A stretch of 64,000 bases of DNA from a virus (IMGVR_UViG_2061766007_000342:193909-257908), one strand, 5' to 3'. Numbered from the stretch's first letter, positions 48,291-59,520 are shown. The notes: generated by a model not told the origin, from the letters alone. Program-made: numbers and translations.

Positions 48291-48589
48291 AACCTCTCTA
48301 TCTCCTTATTAACATAATCATTTAAGTCATCATTACCATGTTCTTTAGCAATCTTCTTTAATGTTTCACATAAATTAGTCATTTCGCATATAAATTCAGG
48401 ATTAACAATTCTACATTTGCTATGTAATAAAATATATTCAGAAACAGTCATATCTTCTTCAATAGCTCTTTTCTTAATAAATTCATTATCTTTAGGAGAT
48501 ATTCTAAAGATAACATTCATACTCTTCACTTCATTAGGATCTGTTAAATACTTCTTTTTCATAATAAACCTCCAATGCATATAATTCAT
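48272..48589 (-). CDS. mobC: MobC-like ribbon-helix-helix relaxosome accessory protein
   Basis: VIFRISPKDNEFIKKRA...MTVSEYI RHH pattern; overlaps the relaxase start. Confidence 0.7.
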   Translation of the reverse strand: MNYMHWRFIMKKKYLTDPNEVKSMNVIFRISPKDNEFIKKRAIEEDMTVSEYILLHSKCRIVNPEFICEMTNLCETLKKIAKEHGNDDLNDYVNKEIERLWSLLN

Positions 48590-48630
48590 ATTTTTCTTTA
48601 AACAAAAAGATGTTTAAGAGTAGTTGGTAT

Positions 48631-48740
48631 GTATTCCCCTTTACAGGGAATACAACAGTAATGACTTAATGGATTAATTTAATAATGATTATATCATTCT
48701 AAAAAACGTGTGCCCTTCGGGCCCAGGTGCAGGTTAAATA
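48631..48740. promoter_or_regulatory. Candidate oriT
   Basis: Inverted repeat GTATTCCC..GGGAATAC, GCCC-ttc-GGGC hairpin, and minus-strand TAACCTGC resembling the IncP nic site TATCCTG^C, all upstream of mobC. Confidence 0.3.
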
Positions 48741-48785
48741 TAAGTGTATTTACATAAATTAAGTATTTACATTATGATTACATTA

Positions 48786-48817
48786 TTACATGTGGGGGAT
48801 ATATCCCCCACATGTAA
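48786..48817. terminator. Perfect palindrome downstream of the RNAP beta-N gene
   Basis: TTACATGTGGGGGATATATCCCCCACATGTAA. Confidence 0.6.
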
Positions 48818-48835
48818 CGATTATTCATTACATCA

Positions 48836-50927
48836 TTAGAATGGAACAGTACCATCTGTGTTATCATTATTCATAACAGCAGTATCATCTGTGGCTTCAG
48901 TATCTTCTTCGACATATCCACCCTCAGGTACCTTACAATCAATATCAATATATACAGAACAAGCAATCTTATCCAATATTGCATTATATTCTTCTATTGT
49001 ATTAGCATTGAATCGTAATGCACGTTGTGGAAAGTTATCTTCAATGAACTTATACAGTTCAAACTTTACATTTGGATATTTATTGATATTGACATTGGTA
49101 ATATCGGATATATCTCCCCATGGAGAAATGATACCACTCTGTCCAACATCCTTAGTGGATTCTACAAGATCTTGTTTACCAATCATACTTGGATTCATCT
49201 GTTTATTGATAAATGTAATCTTATGCTTATCCATACGACCAAGCGCATTAGGCGATGTGTTCACATAGTTCGCAACACTATGCAGTTCTCTTATGAACTT
49301 CTTTCACTTTTCGTGAAATGTCCAGACTATATCTTCAGATGCATATCTCACGACATTCATCTGTCTCTCGTTTCCCATGCCCGTCATTTGCTTACGGGGG
49401 TAAAATTAGTCGTTGAGCCTGTATCTTTACATTAGTTGATCATAAGATACTTGGCTGCGGGTTGACCATATATCTTTCACATTTTTACTATACCTTTGCC
49501 ATTATGCATTGCCATGTATATGTCACCATATACATTTAGTAGTGAAAGCTCTTAGGCATCCATCATGATTGACAGATCGAAACTTTTCCGGTGTTTCGCT
49601 TTTCCGCATATATGAGAGATCAGGCCACCGTTTGACCTTTCTTGGTGTAGGAATATAAATGGTAATAGTCCAAGTCATTTGCGAAATCAACTGCATGAAC
49701 GGTACCAAGTTCATACATCTTACGACGAATACAATCCGGTGAGAACTTCACCAATGGCTGAATATCCGTCATCTTGATCATACAACCAAACTTGAACATC
49801 TTCTTGAGTTTATCCGATACCAGTGCTGTGATGATGGTTGAGATGACTTCATTCTTTCGAAGTCGTTTATTCTCAAATGAGAAGAAGTTCATATCATCAA
49901 ACTCCGTTTGAAGTACATACTTCAACAACGAAATCATGACACGTTTATCAATCTCAGGAATTGGTAATACTTCCGCAGAAATGGTATCCAACATACGTGC
50001 AACATACATCTGATGACATGCACCACGATGTTCCACATTGGGCTCATAATATGACAATTCGTAGATCCACCATTTGGGATCACGTAATTGTTCAATGGTG
50101 GACGGACGATGTTTCTCAATCAGCTTCATTGCCATGACAAGAATGTTACGAACATATTCAAACTTACGTAATCCCTTCTTGTACGCTTTGATGTAAATGT
50201 TATCATTGTTTGGGATTGGTTGAAAATACTCATATTCATCTTTGTCACAATCATAAATGCGGTCACAGAACTGTAAGATTGGGAATACTTCGAGATATGA
50301 CAATGGTGCTGGTACATGCATGAAACATGACAAAATTGGTTCCATGGTTGTGAAGATCTTTACCATGCCAACTTTGGAAGTGACAACATAACCATCAACG
50401 GAAACGGCTGTTTCTTCTTCATAACGAATGACAACCGGAAGAAGTGACTTGATAACAAATGAATTTTCACCATTTGGATATAACAGCTTATCCACAAGCT
50501 GGTATTCGGAATAACGGAGATTGTCCAAGAAGTAACGACCCTTATCATCATCAATCGGAACATGTAACACATTGTGTACAACTTCACGTTCCAGACGTTT
50601 GTTCTTGTCACGTGCTTCGATGTACACATCAAATTCCAATACACCGATACGATTGTCACCGACCGTTTTTGTTTTCAACTTGACGCCGGTCTCACGGCGT
50701 CTTGTTTGAATCTGATCCGGTGACGGATGTGGGTTCCATTTCCAATTACAAATCTCCAAATATGGTGCATTCTCTGCACCCTTGATCGGATACAATCTCA
50801 ATAGATTGATGACTTGTAATCCCGAGATGGCTTTCATGACGTAAAACCACAACGGTTGATCTTTACCCATATCAACCGTGGTTTTTTCCAAGGGATTGTC
50901 CATGTTTTGAATACACATGTCCAGCAT
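48836..50927 (-). CDS. RNA polymerase beta subunit, N-terminal half (probably non-virion RNAP), spliced: exon 1 50927-49635, exon 2 49252-48836, 569 aa
   Basis: VP..DKGRYFLD..Y..YQLVDK and ENKRLR. The spliced junction YTKKG|PNALG and NPSMIG..DL..S..DVGQSG match beta fork-loop/region D motifs. Confidence 0.82.
49253..49634 (-). mobile_element. Group I intron (382 nt, no endonuclease ORF)
   Basis: 5' exon ends in U within P1 (AGGU|CA..UGGCCU). Q-like GCAGCCAAG, R-like UCAACGACUA, S-like AAGAUAUAGUCU, terminal omega-G. Splicing joins the exons in frame. Confidence 0.9.
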
Positions 50928-51048
50928 TGTTAACACAACCTTTCTTGATTTTATGAAAAGAAATAACCGGTATGAGTTGGTTGGCCGGTACGTGTGAATT
51001 ATATGAATATTCTTCAATTAAAAAAATATACGATGAGGTGATGATGAT

Positions 51049-54000
51049 ATGCCATTATACCGTCAATATCCATTGGTAACACCCGATTCCATACGTGCAA
51101 AGTTGCATATTGATCGAAAGCTATATGGAACCTATGTGGATCGATCAACAATGCATACACATACCAATGGTACGAAATACATTGGTACATTGGAGAACTG
51201 GGGATCGGAGTTACTTGCGGAAGCACACAAGTTGAAAATGAAGTATACTCCATTTAATATATTCCATTATTCTGATGCAGCACAACGATACTTCGATTTT
51301 CATTATGGAACAGAATTGAATTCTGTGTATCAACCAAATGTGATATTGGGTTGTGTGAACATGGACAACGTTCCACAAAACCGGTGTTACATTCAATTCC
51401 ACAGTTGTAAACGTGATGTGATATTACGTTCAACATCTTATTCTGATCCTGATTTGTCATTGATGACATATTACAAGACGTCATCTCCACCAAACTTTGT
51501 ATCGATCACACCAATGGGATCGGTGACATCAATGCCAATCAAAGTATATGATGACTCCATTCCCGCTGGTGATGATAATAGTCATGATACCATGTATTAT
51601 TTCAACTTAACTGCGACAAATGATACGTTAACAATTGATTCGGAATATCGCCGTAATTTGATTGATCCCGACTCTGTGGAATCATTGGAATCTGGATGGC
51701 GATTCAATACGTTGGATTTACAACCATGGATGGACGGACAACCATTGGTTTGGTTATCCATTCCAACGGTTAAAACAATTGAAACTGGATCATTCGTTGG
51801 CAATTATGATCAATATAACAATCCATTGATGACCGTCGGTATTGATGGTCACAACAACCAAGGATTATATTCCAATGTTTATCCGGACAATTTACCACCC
51901 ATGCCTGGATCATATGCATATGATTCACCGTGGATGTTAAAAGTGTATGCAAAATATGATGATTACTCGGGTGGAAATATGTCGAGTAATCGCTCCAAAG
52001 AATTACGTAAAATCACATTTTGTTTTTATGATGATACCCCAGCATTTCAAAATATCATATTCACACAAGATATCACATGGGACACCGATAAGTTTCATGT
52101 ATATTTAAATACGAATGCAAATCGATTATCAAAAACATATTGGGTATATCACAAACCAGTTGAAGGTGATTCGGATTATGATGGTATAACTTATCATAAT
52201 CCAGCATATCTGTTTGCAACAACACCGATGGGTGAAATCGATTATCGTAAAGCGTGCCCTGCAAAGATTAATAATAAATACAATCCATTGTTCATTGTCA
52301 AAACGGAATATCATTACAATGAAAATCGATACTTGACACCACGTGCACAAACGGGTGTTCATATTGATTTTACATCCGATTATTCTGATCATTGTGTGGA
52401 TAAAAAGAATGGTACAATCTATGACATGGGAGAATTCGATGGATTACCAAATTATTATAAAACAAAGAATGCTCGATATGTGAAACGTGGTCGTGTATCA
52501 TTATATACATTACGAGATTGGATTACAACCGAAACACAACGTCCAATGAAACGTCAATCGGCGGGATTGTTAATTGATTCGGGATTACAATCGTTTGTAT
52601 ACAATATGGATTCCACATATTTAGAGTCAATGATCCATTACAAGTATTCTCCGAATCGTACGTATTATACCAATGGCACACCGGAAACAATTCGAAATGT
52701 ATTATCGGATATTTGTTATGTGGGTGGAAACTCCATGGTGGATGTTCATAAACAAAAGACACCATACCAAATGATTTATCATGGTGATCGATTCTTTTCC
52801 GTTCGTATGTTGGCGGATTTGGGTGATGATGAATATGGTCGTGTTTATGTAATTTCAAACGATCCCGCGGAATATGATAACAACGGCAATACCATTTATA
52901 CGAAACCCGAACGTACATTGGCACGTATTTGTGATATACCAACGGATTATCGTCAATTAACACATATATCTGGATTGGTATCATCAGTAATAACCGATCC
53001 ATATTATGTACGTACCGAATGTTGTTATGGTGATGGAGCCATTCATTCGGTTAATGGTAATGATTTACAACGCGTATGGAATACCACGTCCAATGAAAAT
53101 ATCATGGTACATAATAACCAAACGCGTGTATTCGATAAAGACATTAACATGAATGCAGATTACGGTTCTGCATGGATGGACGTACATTATACTCGATGGG
53201 ATAATCGTAATGCATTCTTGGAAATGACAAATGCAATGGCGACCAATGGTGTATTTTCGAAATACACATGGCGTGTTGCAGATGGTGGTTCTGGATATAA
53301 AGTCGGTGCTGAATTGAAAGACTATGTTGGTGGCAAACCATTTGAAGCATACATACAACGCATTGATGGTAATGGTGGTGTCATTGTAACACGTGAAACT
53401 GAAAATACAAAAACGGTGAAAATGAATCGTGCAAACTTCAATGGACGAATTGCAACTTACACACCATCGTTTTCAGATGGACCAATGCAATCGGATGAAT
53501 ATGCTTCATTCGCATTGGAGATTGAACAAAATGCATGGAATGATTTACAACCGAAAAACAATGGTTCGGTGAATGGTTGTTATGCATTTAAATTCAATGC
53601 ATATGATCAATTAACCATTTGGAAGTACAATCCCGTGGATCGTTGGTGGTATGAGAATTGTGTATTAACTGGAGAAGCCATTGTGGACACTGTGTACAAT
53701 CATGATTTGGACATTGCGAAATATTCCACACCAGCCGTCATCATGGCAAAAATGTTAAATCCACAATATCAGTTGAATGGTTATGATGATGCAACATATA
53801 CCGATGGAATTCCATATTCTACATCGGAGATTTATGACGTATCCGGTTCTTCGAGTGATGTCATTATTGATAATGGATACAACTTACAAGATGCATTACA
53901 TGTCATTGTCAATGACTCGGGTGCATACAGCATGAAGAGTTATCAAATGATTCCGATGAATGCATCATCAAAAGCAATTTCATTACCAAAGTCACATGAA

Positions 54001-54861
54001 GCACCCTTGTACAATGACATCCCGAGAATGTGTACATTATTATTCAATAGAATGAATGATGGCTTTCCGGATATGGGTTATGTGCCAAAACAACCAAATG
54101 TGTATGTGTATAATCCATATAAAACATATCATCGTCAATATAAACAAGATTCTTCCGATGTTGTTCATTGCATCAAAGAAACACAAATTTCATTCATTTA
54201 TTATCCATCTATGACGGATAATGGATATACCATTGGTGACATATATCGATATACCGGACATGAGTTATCAAATAACCTGAAGACCCGATACAATGAATTG
54301 ATCGGTATGTCACGTGGTGATTTATACAATATTGCAATTACATTAAATCCCACATTGAATGGTGAAACGATTGATGAGAACCCGGTTCAATATGCTGAAT
54401 TTAATGGTGTTCCCTATTCCAAAGAACGTTTAATCCAATATATCATGTCATTTGATATCATGAATGAGAATGTTGAGAATGGACATGTGTATCGTCCAAC
54501 AATGACTTCCGGTAGTGTTGAGAAGTTGCGTAACGCTGGCGAGTTGGTTATGGAAGAAATCGGCGGACAAGTTGTGCCAGTTGGTGATCAACCATTGGGT
54601 GATATTGTACCAGTTACTTCACGTGATATTCATTGTGAACTGAAATTGGGTGAGTCGTCATCAACTGTTCGTGCAAAACCATTGTATGTATTCCGTTTGA
54701 GTGATGATGAACGTATTGAATCCTTTGATGGATTCCACATGAAGGATCAATACTCTAATCACGATATCTCTGAGAAGACATTGTTAATATACCAAAACAC
54801 ATTGTATGTGTATGACAAAAACGAAGACACATGGAAACATGTCGTACGTAGACATGTATAA
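51049..54861 (+). CDS. Large virion / tail-appendage protein, paralog 1
   Basis: 1270 aa, rich in Y/N/D/G. Shares motifs with the next gene. Confidence 0.55.
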   Translation: MPLYRQYPLVTPDSIRAKLHIDRKLYGTYVDRSTMHTHTNGTKYIGTLENWGSELLAEAHKLKMKYTPFNIFHYSDAAQRYFDFHYGTELNSVYQPNVILGCVNMDNVPQNRCYIQFHSCKRDVILRSTSYSDPDLSLMTYYKTSSPPNFVSITPMGSVTSMPIKVYDDSIPAGDDNSHDTMYYFNLTATNDTLTIDSEYRRNLIDPDSVESLESGWRFNTLDLQPWMDGQPLVWLSIPTVKTIETGSFVGNYDQYNNPLMTVGIDGHNNQGLYSNVYPDNLPPMPGSYAYDSPWMLKVYAKYDDYSGGNMSSNRSKELRKITFCFYDDTPAFQNIIFTQDITWDTDKFHVYLNTNANRLSKTYWVYHKPVEGDSDYDGITYHNPAYLFATTPMGEIDYRKACPAKINNKYNPLFIVKTEYHYNENRYLTPRAQTGVHIDFTSDYSDHCVDKKNGTIYDMGEFDGLPNYYKTKNARYVKRGRVSLYTLRDWITTETQRPMKRQSAGLLIDSGLQSFVYNMDSTYLESMIHYKYSPNRTYYTNGTPETIRNVLSDICYVGGNSMVDVHKQKTPYQMIYHGDRFFSVRMLADLGDDEYGRVYVISNDPAEYDNNGNTIYTKPERTLARICDIPTDYRQLTHISGLVSSVITDPYYVRTECCYGDGAIHSVNGNDLQRVWNTTSNENIMVHNNQTRVFDKDINMNADYGSAWMDVHYTRWDNRNAFLEMTNAMATNGVFSKYTWRVADGGSGYKVGAELKDYVGGKPFEAYIQRIDGNGGVIVTRETENTKTVKMNRANFNGRIATYTPSFSDGPMQSDEYASFALEIEQNAWNDLQPKNNGSVNGCYAFKFNAYDQLTIWKYNPVDRWWYENCVLTGEAIVDTVYNHDLDIAKYSTPAVIMAKMLNPQYQLNGYDDATYTDGIPYSTSEIYDVSGSSSDVIIDNGYNLQDALHVIVNDSGAYSMKSYQMIPMNASSKAISLPKSHEAPLYNDIPRMCTLLFNRMNDGFPDMGYVPKQPNVYVYNPYKTYHRQYKQDSSDVVHCIKETQISFIYYPSMTDNGYTIGDIYRYTGHELSNNLKTRYNELIGMSRGDLYNIAITLNPTLNGETIDENPVQYAEFNGVPYSKERLIQYIMSFDIMNENVENGHVYRPTMTSGSVEKLRNAGELVMEEIGGQVVPVGDQPLGDIVPVTSRDIHCELKLGESSSTVRAKPLYVFRLSDDERIESFDGFHMKDQYSNHDISEKTLLIYQNTLYVYDKNEDTWKHVVRRHV

Positions 54862-54915
54862 TTCATCATATGGGGATTGTTATAACAATCCCCATTATCA
54901 TATAACAAGAGGAGT

Positions 54916-57900
54916 GTGATTTTGTTGAAAACCATCAAACATTATGTCGGTCCCAACTCCATTGGGTTTATGTTGGAGCAAGAACGTAAGCATTGGTTGT
55001 TGAAGACTCACAAACAAAAATATTTATCGGATCCAAATACAGGTGATACCTATATTGGTCGTGTGGATAACTTGGGATCAGACATTGTGATTGAATCTCG
55101 TAAATCCGACGAAGTGTTCAATCAATTATCGTATATTAAATATGATGACAAGTTCTCACGTATATTCCAAACCGAACAGTCTGGATTAACGTATAATTCA
55201 TCAATGAATGGATTGGTATTTGCACGTGTGATATCAACCAATTATCCGAAATCTGCAAATGTAAATCGTCATTATCGTATTCATTTCCGTAATGCGGAAA
55301 CGGTGTTCATTCCATTTGGTGGATCTAATGCATCGGATGATGTATACGCATACAAATGGATCAAAACATCAACTCCACCTGTGATCAAGTTAATGAATGA
55401 TTCTGGTACATATATCGAAGAAGTGTCGTTAACATTTGCAACGGTTGACAAATATGATTTGTTGAATACGGAACCATCAGATTGGGATACAAATTATTTC
55501 GATTATTATATCAAAACTGCAACGGGTTATCAACCCATTCCCAATACATATGCCAATCCCCCGGAGTTTAAACCGAATTCTTATTATGCTAAGACGGAAA
55601 CATCTCCAACGAATTGTGTGTATTATTATCCGTTGGATGAAGCGTTACGTCCGTTCCATATCACAGCAATGACAACGACGGAGTGGTATACGGAAGGAAT
55701 CATCAATGATGACCAGATTGGTTTACCTGCATTTTGGTTTACATGTGATGAAACAAATGTTGGTCCGAATATTACAATCAATAATCCCAACGGTAATACC
55801 ACAATGAATTTGTGGTGTATTGGTAATGAAGGAAATGCGTCCAAATATCGTTCACATGTGTATATTGGTATTGATGGACATCATGACGCAACACCACATC
55901 GCACACCAACCGATGAAACGTATGTGCATGTCACTCCATTGAGAGGTGTGTTCAATGGTAATGATTCCGACTTCAATGTTCCATTAAATCCATTACATAT
56001 TAAAATGGACGATTTGGATTTGGACATGACGTACAACGGAACCAATACGAAGTTTTACATGACCAATATTGATGCATGGGAGTATTTGTCATCGCGTGAA
56101 TATCGTATCAAAGTCAGTGCATTTGATGGGAACTGTTATGCATATAATCGAAATCCATTAATGCCATTGCTTAATATTCATTTTGATGAATCAATTTCAT
56201 TTGGTAATAAAACAAGTGACTATGGATATGTGGGTATTCGTGGTGGATCTGGTAACATTGTATCTGATTTGTATCCCAAATATCCGTATGACTTAAACAA
56301 GTTCGATGGATTACCCGATCATGTGCGGAATCCAAACCCCGAAGATCCACAACAACATATGGCTGTGTATGCAGTACACAATACACCTGGATCAACAACA
56401 TCGGATCCAATGTCACGTCAAACTGCTGCGATATTGCTGGATCCGGGTCGTACACAACATCCCGAGAATGAACTTCCATACGATTTCGCGTTACCTGAGA
56501 TTGATCCGAACTCTGAATGGTATGGTCAGAGAGACATGGCTTATCCAGCACCATATGAGAATGATGTATTCTTCATTGAAATATTAAACGGTGGATATGG
56601 TCTGATAACTCCAGGTGATATGACTACCGGTCAAGGTGGTTATACTTACGACTATAATTACACTTTATATGATGAGAATAAACAACGCATTATGTGCATA
56701 ACGGCTCCTGCCAGAAGCGAATATCGTTATATTTGGGATCCTGATACGCAATCATTTGAAAAACATGAGATTTTGTATTATGGTGGTAATTACGATAATA
56801 ATGGTGGCATGCAACATTTCGGATACCTGTCAGAATTTGCTTGGGAGAATCCGAAGAATACCAAAACAGATGGAACTGGATTTGAATATAAAGATGTAAC
56901 ATATGTCACAAGTGATAGTGAAGAAGGTGCGCAAGAATATACCCATGGTGACATTGGTTTGCGATTCCGCATTTATCGTAACTTGGATTCCAGTGAAGCA
57001 AACTATACACGTGGTCGTGTATATATCTTGTCGAATGATCCGATCTCATATGAGAACAACATCACATCACAACATCCTAAGCCAGCACGTACCGCGGCAC
57101 GTATTTGTGATATTCCAACATCCGTTGCACAGTTGAGTGGTACGAAGAATGTATCTCCAACGTACGTTGTTGACCAAGATTATGTTCGTACCGAAGCATC
57201 CTATTCCGAAGCGGATCGTAACCGTTTGTACAATGTGAATTCTTCACGTTGGGTACGTCCGTGTCACTTGGGAACGAACGGTTTACCAATTGAACACGAT
57301 AACGATTTCGTATTCAATTCGGAATCGCAATTGAATTCCATCGATTTGATCAATCATAATGATTTCCGTTATTTGGAGAATCTGGTACCAATGGTGGATC
57401 CATCTAATGTGTCCATTTCCGAGATTGTAAATGCTGGTGAAGGATATGCAGTCAATGACTTTGGATATATTTACATTGGTGGCTTTGGGTTTGAATATCA
57501 TGTCACTGAAGTAGATCGTTCCGGACGTGTCAAGACAGCATATTTAGCATCACCTGAATTGGATAATCATCGTTTCATTAACTTATCCAATTTCAATATG
57601 CTTGAAGAAGGTGCATCACCATATACAGACGTATATGGAACTTCTCCACGTACAGGTGGTGGTTCTGGTTTACAAGTGCGATTGATGATTGCGGATTATG
57701 CTTCCATCCAAACATACAAGGGTGAACTATACGAAGACTTATTTGCATTGATTCGTGAATCGGACGGCTTATGGTTGTACAAGTATGACATCGATCGAAC
57801 AGATACACATACACCAAAAACGGGTGAATGGGTGAAGGATGTTCATATTGCACAATTTGAAATGAATGATCCGAATGTAAAATTCCCATCCACTGCAGAT

Positions 57901-58944
57901 GCATTCATGGCTTCGATCTTACCCAGATCCAAAAAAGAATATTGTTGTTTGTATGAAAACCATATGGGTTTACAAGCATTGGATGTGATTTCAACTGCAT
58001 CCTTTGTACAAATTGTATCTGGTACAAATTGTACACCAATTGTGAATCCAGTTGGTAACAATGTCAATGGATTTGATTTGTGTAAATGGTATTGTGATGG
58101 ATTAACCAAATATACCGTAAAGGAAATGTCAATCGATGGTGTATTGGATGCTGTTTCCAAGAAACGTACCATTCGTAGTGATTGTTACATTGCATGGAAA
58201 CCTGTGGATCCAACTGATCCATCCAATATGGATGTAACCGTTGGTGTGATATATCGTTCATTTAACAACACCCGTAGTGATGATAATGTCACCACATTAC
58301 CAGCAAACCATTTACAATACCAAAACTATGTCAATTCCAATGCAAACACAACCGTTGTATGGGATGTTGACAACATCGGTCCGATGGTGTGGGTGTTCAA
58401 TCCAAAGTATCGTCAACATGAAACATATCGTTATGATCATGAACGGAATCAATTGGTGGTTGAACGTGAAACCATGGATTGGTCCAAGGTAGAAATCCAT
58501 ACCAGTAATGTTACCATAGAAGAGTCGTTTGTTGATGACAATGGTAAGTTGAAATACAACATCATTACCAACAATCCATTCCATTTCCATGCCAATGAAC
58601 ATATTGATCCGAATATATTGTATGATCAACCCGAGTTCTTTACGGTTGCAACCATTGGTTCATCCATTGCAGTAATGTCCAATAATCCAACAGGTGGTTG
58701 GGAATTGGTAATGCCACGTGTACATGGTTTTGCATTTGAACGTGAAAGTGGTGGACTGACACAATCGTATACACCAACTGAAATGAACATCATTCATGAT
58801 ACGAATGTTGGATATGAAACACGTGTGTACGATGTCAATACGAAACAAGATGTTTCCATGTCAACTGTTATCTTTGAAGATTCTGCAAATGGAGTTTCCA
58901 TTCGTGTATTCAACTCGGTAACAGGTCAATGGGAATATGTATAA
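54916..58944 (+). CDS. Large virion / tail-appendage protein, paralog 2
   Basis: 1342 aa. GRVY(V/I)xSNDP..Y.NN....KP.RT.ARICDIPT is shared with paralog 1. Confidence 0.55.
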   Translation: MILLKTIKHYVGPNSIGFMLEQERKHWLLKTHKQKYLSDPNTGDTYIGRVDNLGSDIVIESRKSDEVFNQLSYIKYDDKFSRIFQTEQSGLTYNSSMNGLVFARVISTNYPKSANVNRHYRIHFRNAETVFIPFGGSNASDDVYAYKWIKTSTPPVIKLMNDSGTYIEEVSLTFATVDKYDLLNTEPSDWDTNYFDYYIKTATGYQPIPNTYANPPEFKPNSYYAKTETSPTNCVYYYPLDEALRPFHITAMTTTEWYTEGIINDDQIGLPAFWFTCDETNVGPNITINNPNGNTTMNLWCIGNEGNASKYRSHVYIGIDGHHDATPHRTPTDETYVHVTPLRGVFNGNDSDFNVPLNPLHIKMDDLDLDMTYNGTNTKFYMTNIDAWEYLSSREYRIKVSAFDGNCYAYNRNPLMPLLNIHFDESISFGNKTSDYGYVGIRGGSGNIVSDLYPKYPYDLNKFDGLPDHVRNPNPEDPQQHMAVYAVHNTPGSTTSDPMSRQTAAILLDPGRTQHPENELPYDFALPEIDPNSEWYGQRDMAYPAPYENDVFFIEILNGGYGLITPGDMTTGQGGYTYDYNYTLYDENKQRIMCITAPARSEYRYIWDPDTQSFEKHEILYYGGNYDNNGGMQHFGYLSEFAWENPKNTKTDGTGFEYKDVTYVTSDSEEGAQEYTHGDIGLRFRIYRNLDSSEANYTRGRVYILSNDPISYENNITSQHPKPARTAARICDIPTSVAQLSGTKNVSPTYVVDQDYVRTEASYSEADRNRLYNVNSSRWVRPCHLGTNGLPIEHDNDFVFNSESQLNSIDLINHNDFRYLENLVPMVDPSNVSISEIVNAGEGYAVNDFGYIYIGGFGFEYHVTEVDRSGRVKTAYLASPELDNHRFINLSNFNMLEEGASPYTDVYGTSPRTGGGSGLQVRLMIADYASIQTYKGELYEDLFALIRESDGLWLYKYDIDRTDTHTPKTGEWVKDVHIAQFEMNDPNVKFPSTADAFMASILPRSKKEYCCLYENHMGLQALDVISTASFVQIVSGTNCTPIVNPVGNNVNGFDLCKWYCDGLTKYTVKEMSIDGVLDAVSKKRTIRSDCYIAWKPVDPTDPSNMDVTVGVIYRSFNNTRSDDNVTTLPANHLQYQNYVNSNANTTVVWDVDNIGPMVWVFNPKYRQHETYRYDHERNQLVVERETMDWSKVEIHTSNVTIEESFVDDNGKLKYNIITNNPFHFHANEHIDPNILYDQPEFFTVATIGSSIAVMSNNPTGGWELVMPRVHGFAFERESGGLTQSYTPTEMNIIHDTNVGYETRVYDVNTKQDVSMSTVIFEDSANGVSIRVFNSVTGQWEYV

Positions 58945-58958
58945 AAAATAAATAAACG

Positions 58959-58984
58959 ACATCCCCCGCATATGCGGGGGATGT
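58959..58984. terminator. Bidirectional terminator hairpin
   Basis: ACATCCCCCGCATATGCGGGGGATGT between convergent genes. Confidence 0.7.
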
Positions 58985-58992
58985 TATCATAA

Positions 58993-59493
58993 TCATTCTT
59001 GTTCAAACTTGGATTGCTCTAATACGATGGTTCCAATACGTGTAAACACATCTTCGGTTAATGATGCAATGGATTCCAATTGTGTTTCTGCTTCCATCAT
59101 GGAATTTGTTTGTACATTATGTGAGATATCCATTACATGACGAATCAATGCTTCACCGATACGATACTTGAAAAAGAAGTCATACATTTCTTGATATAAG
59201 ATAGAATCGGGGTTTGCATTTAAGAAAGCATTTACAATAACACGCCCCATGTTGAATGGATTGCTGTCATGATTCAGCTTGATGAATTCTTTCAATGTAA
59301 GTTGACGTGCAGGTGATGTGGGTGTTGTTGGAATCAATTCTTTTACAGATTCCAATACATCCGATGTTGCTTTACGTAACAATGCATTCAGTTGTTCTTC
59401 CGTCATGGAGATGGTAAACGGTTGTACCTTTGGAGACGGTACATTCATCGTCTCAGATGGTTGTTGAGTTGGTTGCGGTGTATTGATCTTCAT
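58993..59493 (-). CDS. Hypothetical protein
   Basis: RBS AAAGGAG, 166 aa. Confidence 0.6.
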   Translation of the reverse strand: MKINTPQPTQQPSETMNVPSPKVQPFTISMTEEQLNALLRKATSDVLESVKELIPTTPTSPARQLTLKEFIKLNHDSNPFNMGRVIVNAFLNANPDSILYQEMYDFFFKYRIGEALIRHVMDISHNVQTNSMMEAETQLESIASLTEDVFTRIGTIVLEQSKFEQE

Positions 59494-59520
59494 AATGGAC
59501 GCTCCTTTTTTATGATATGA

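Noticed and set aside
49523-49714. 63-aa ORF as an intron-encoded endonuclease
   Set aside because: It is too short, overlaps exon 1 out of frame, and has no HNH, GIY-YIG or LAGLIDADG motif.
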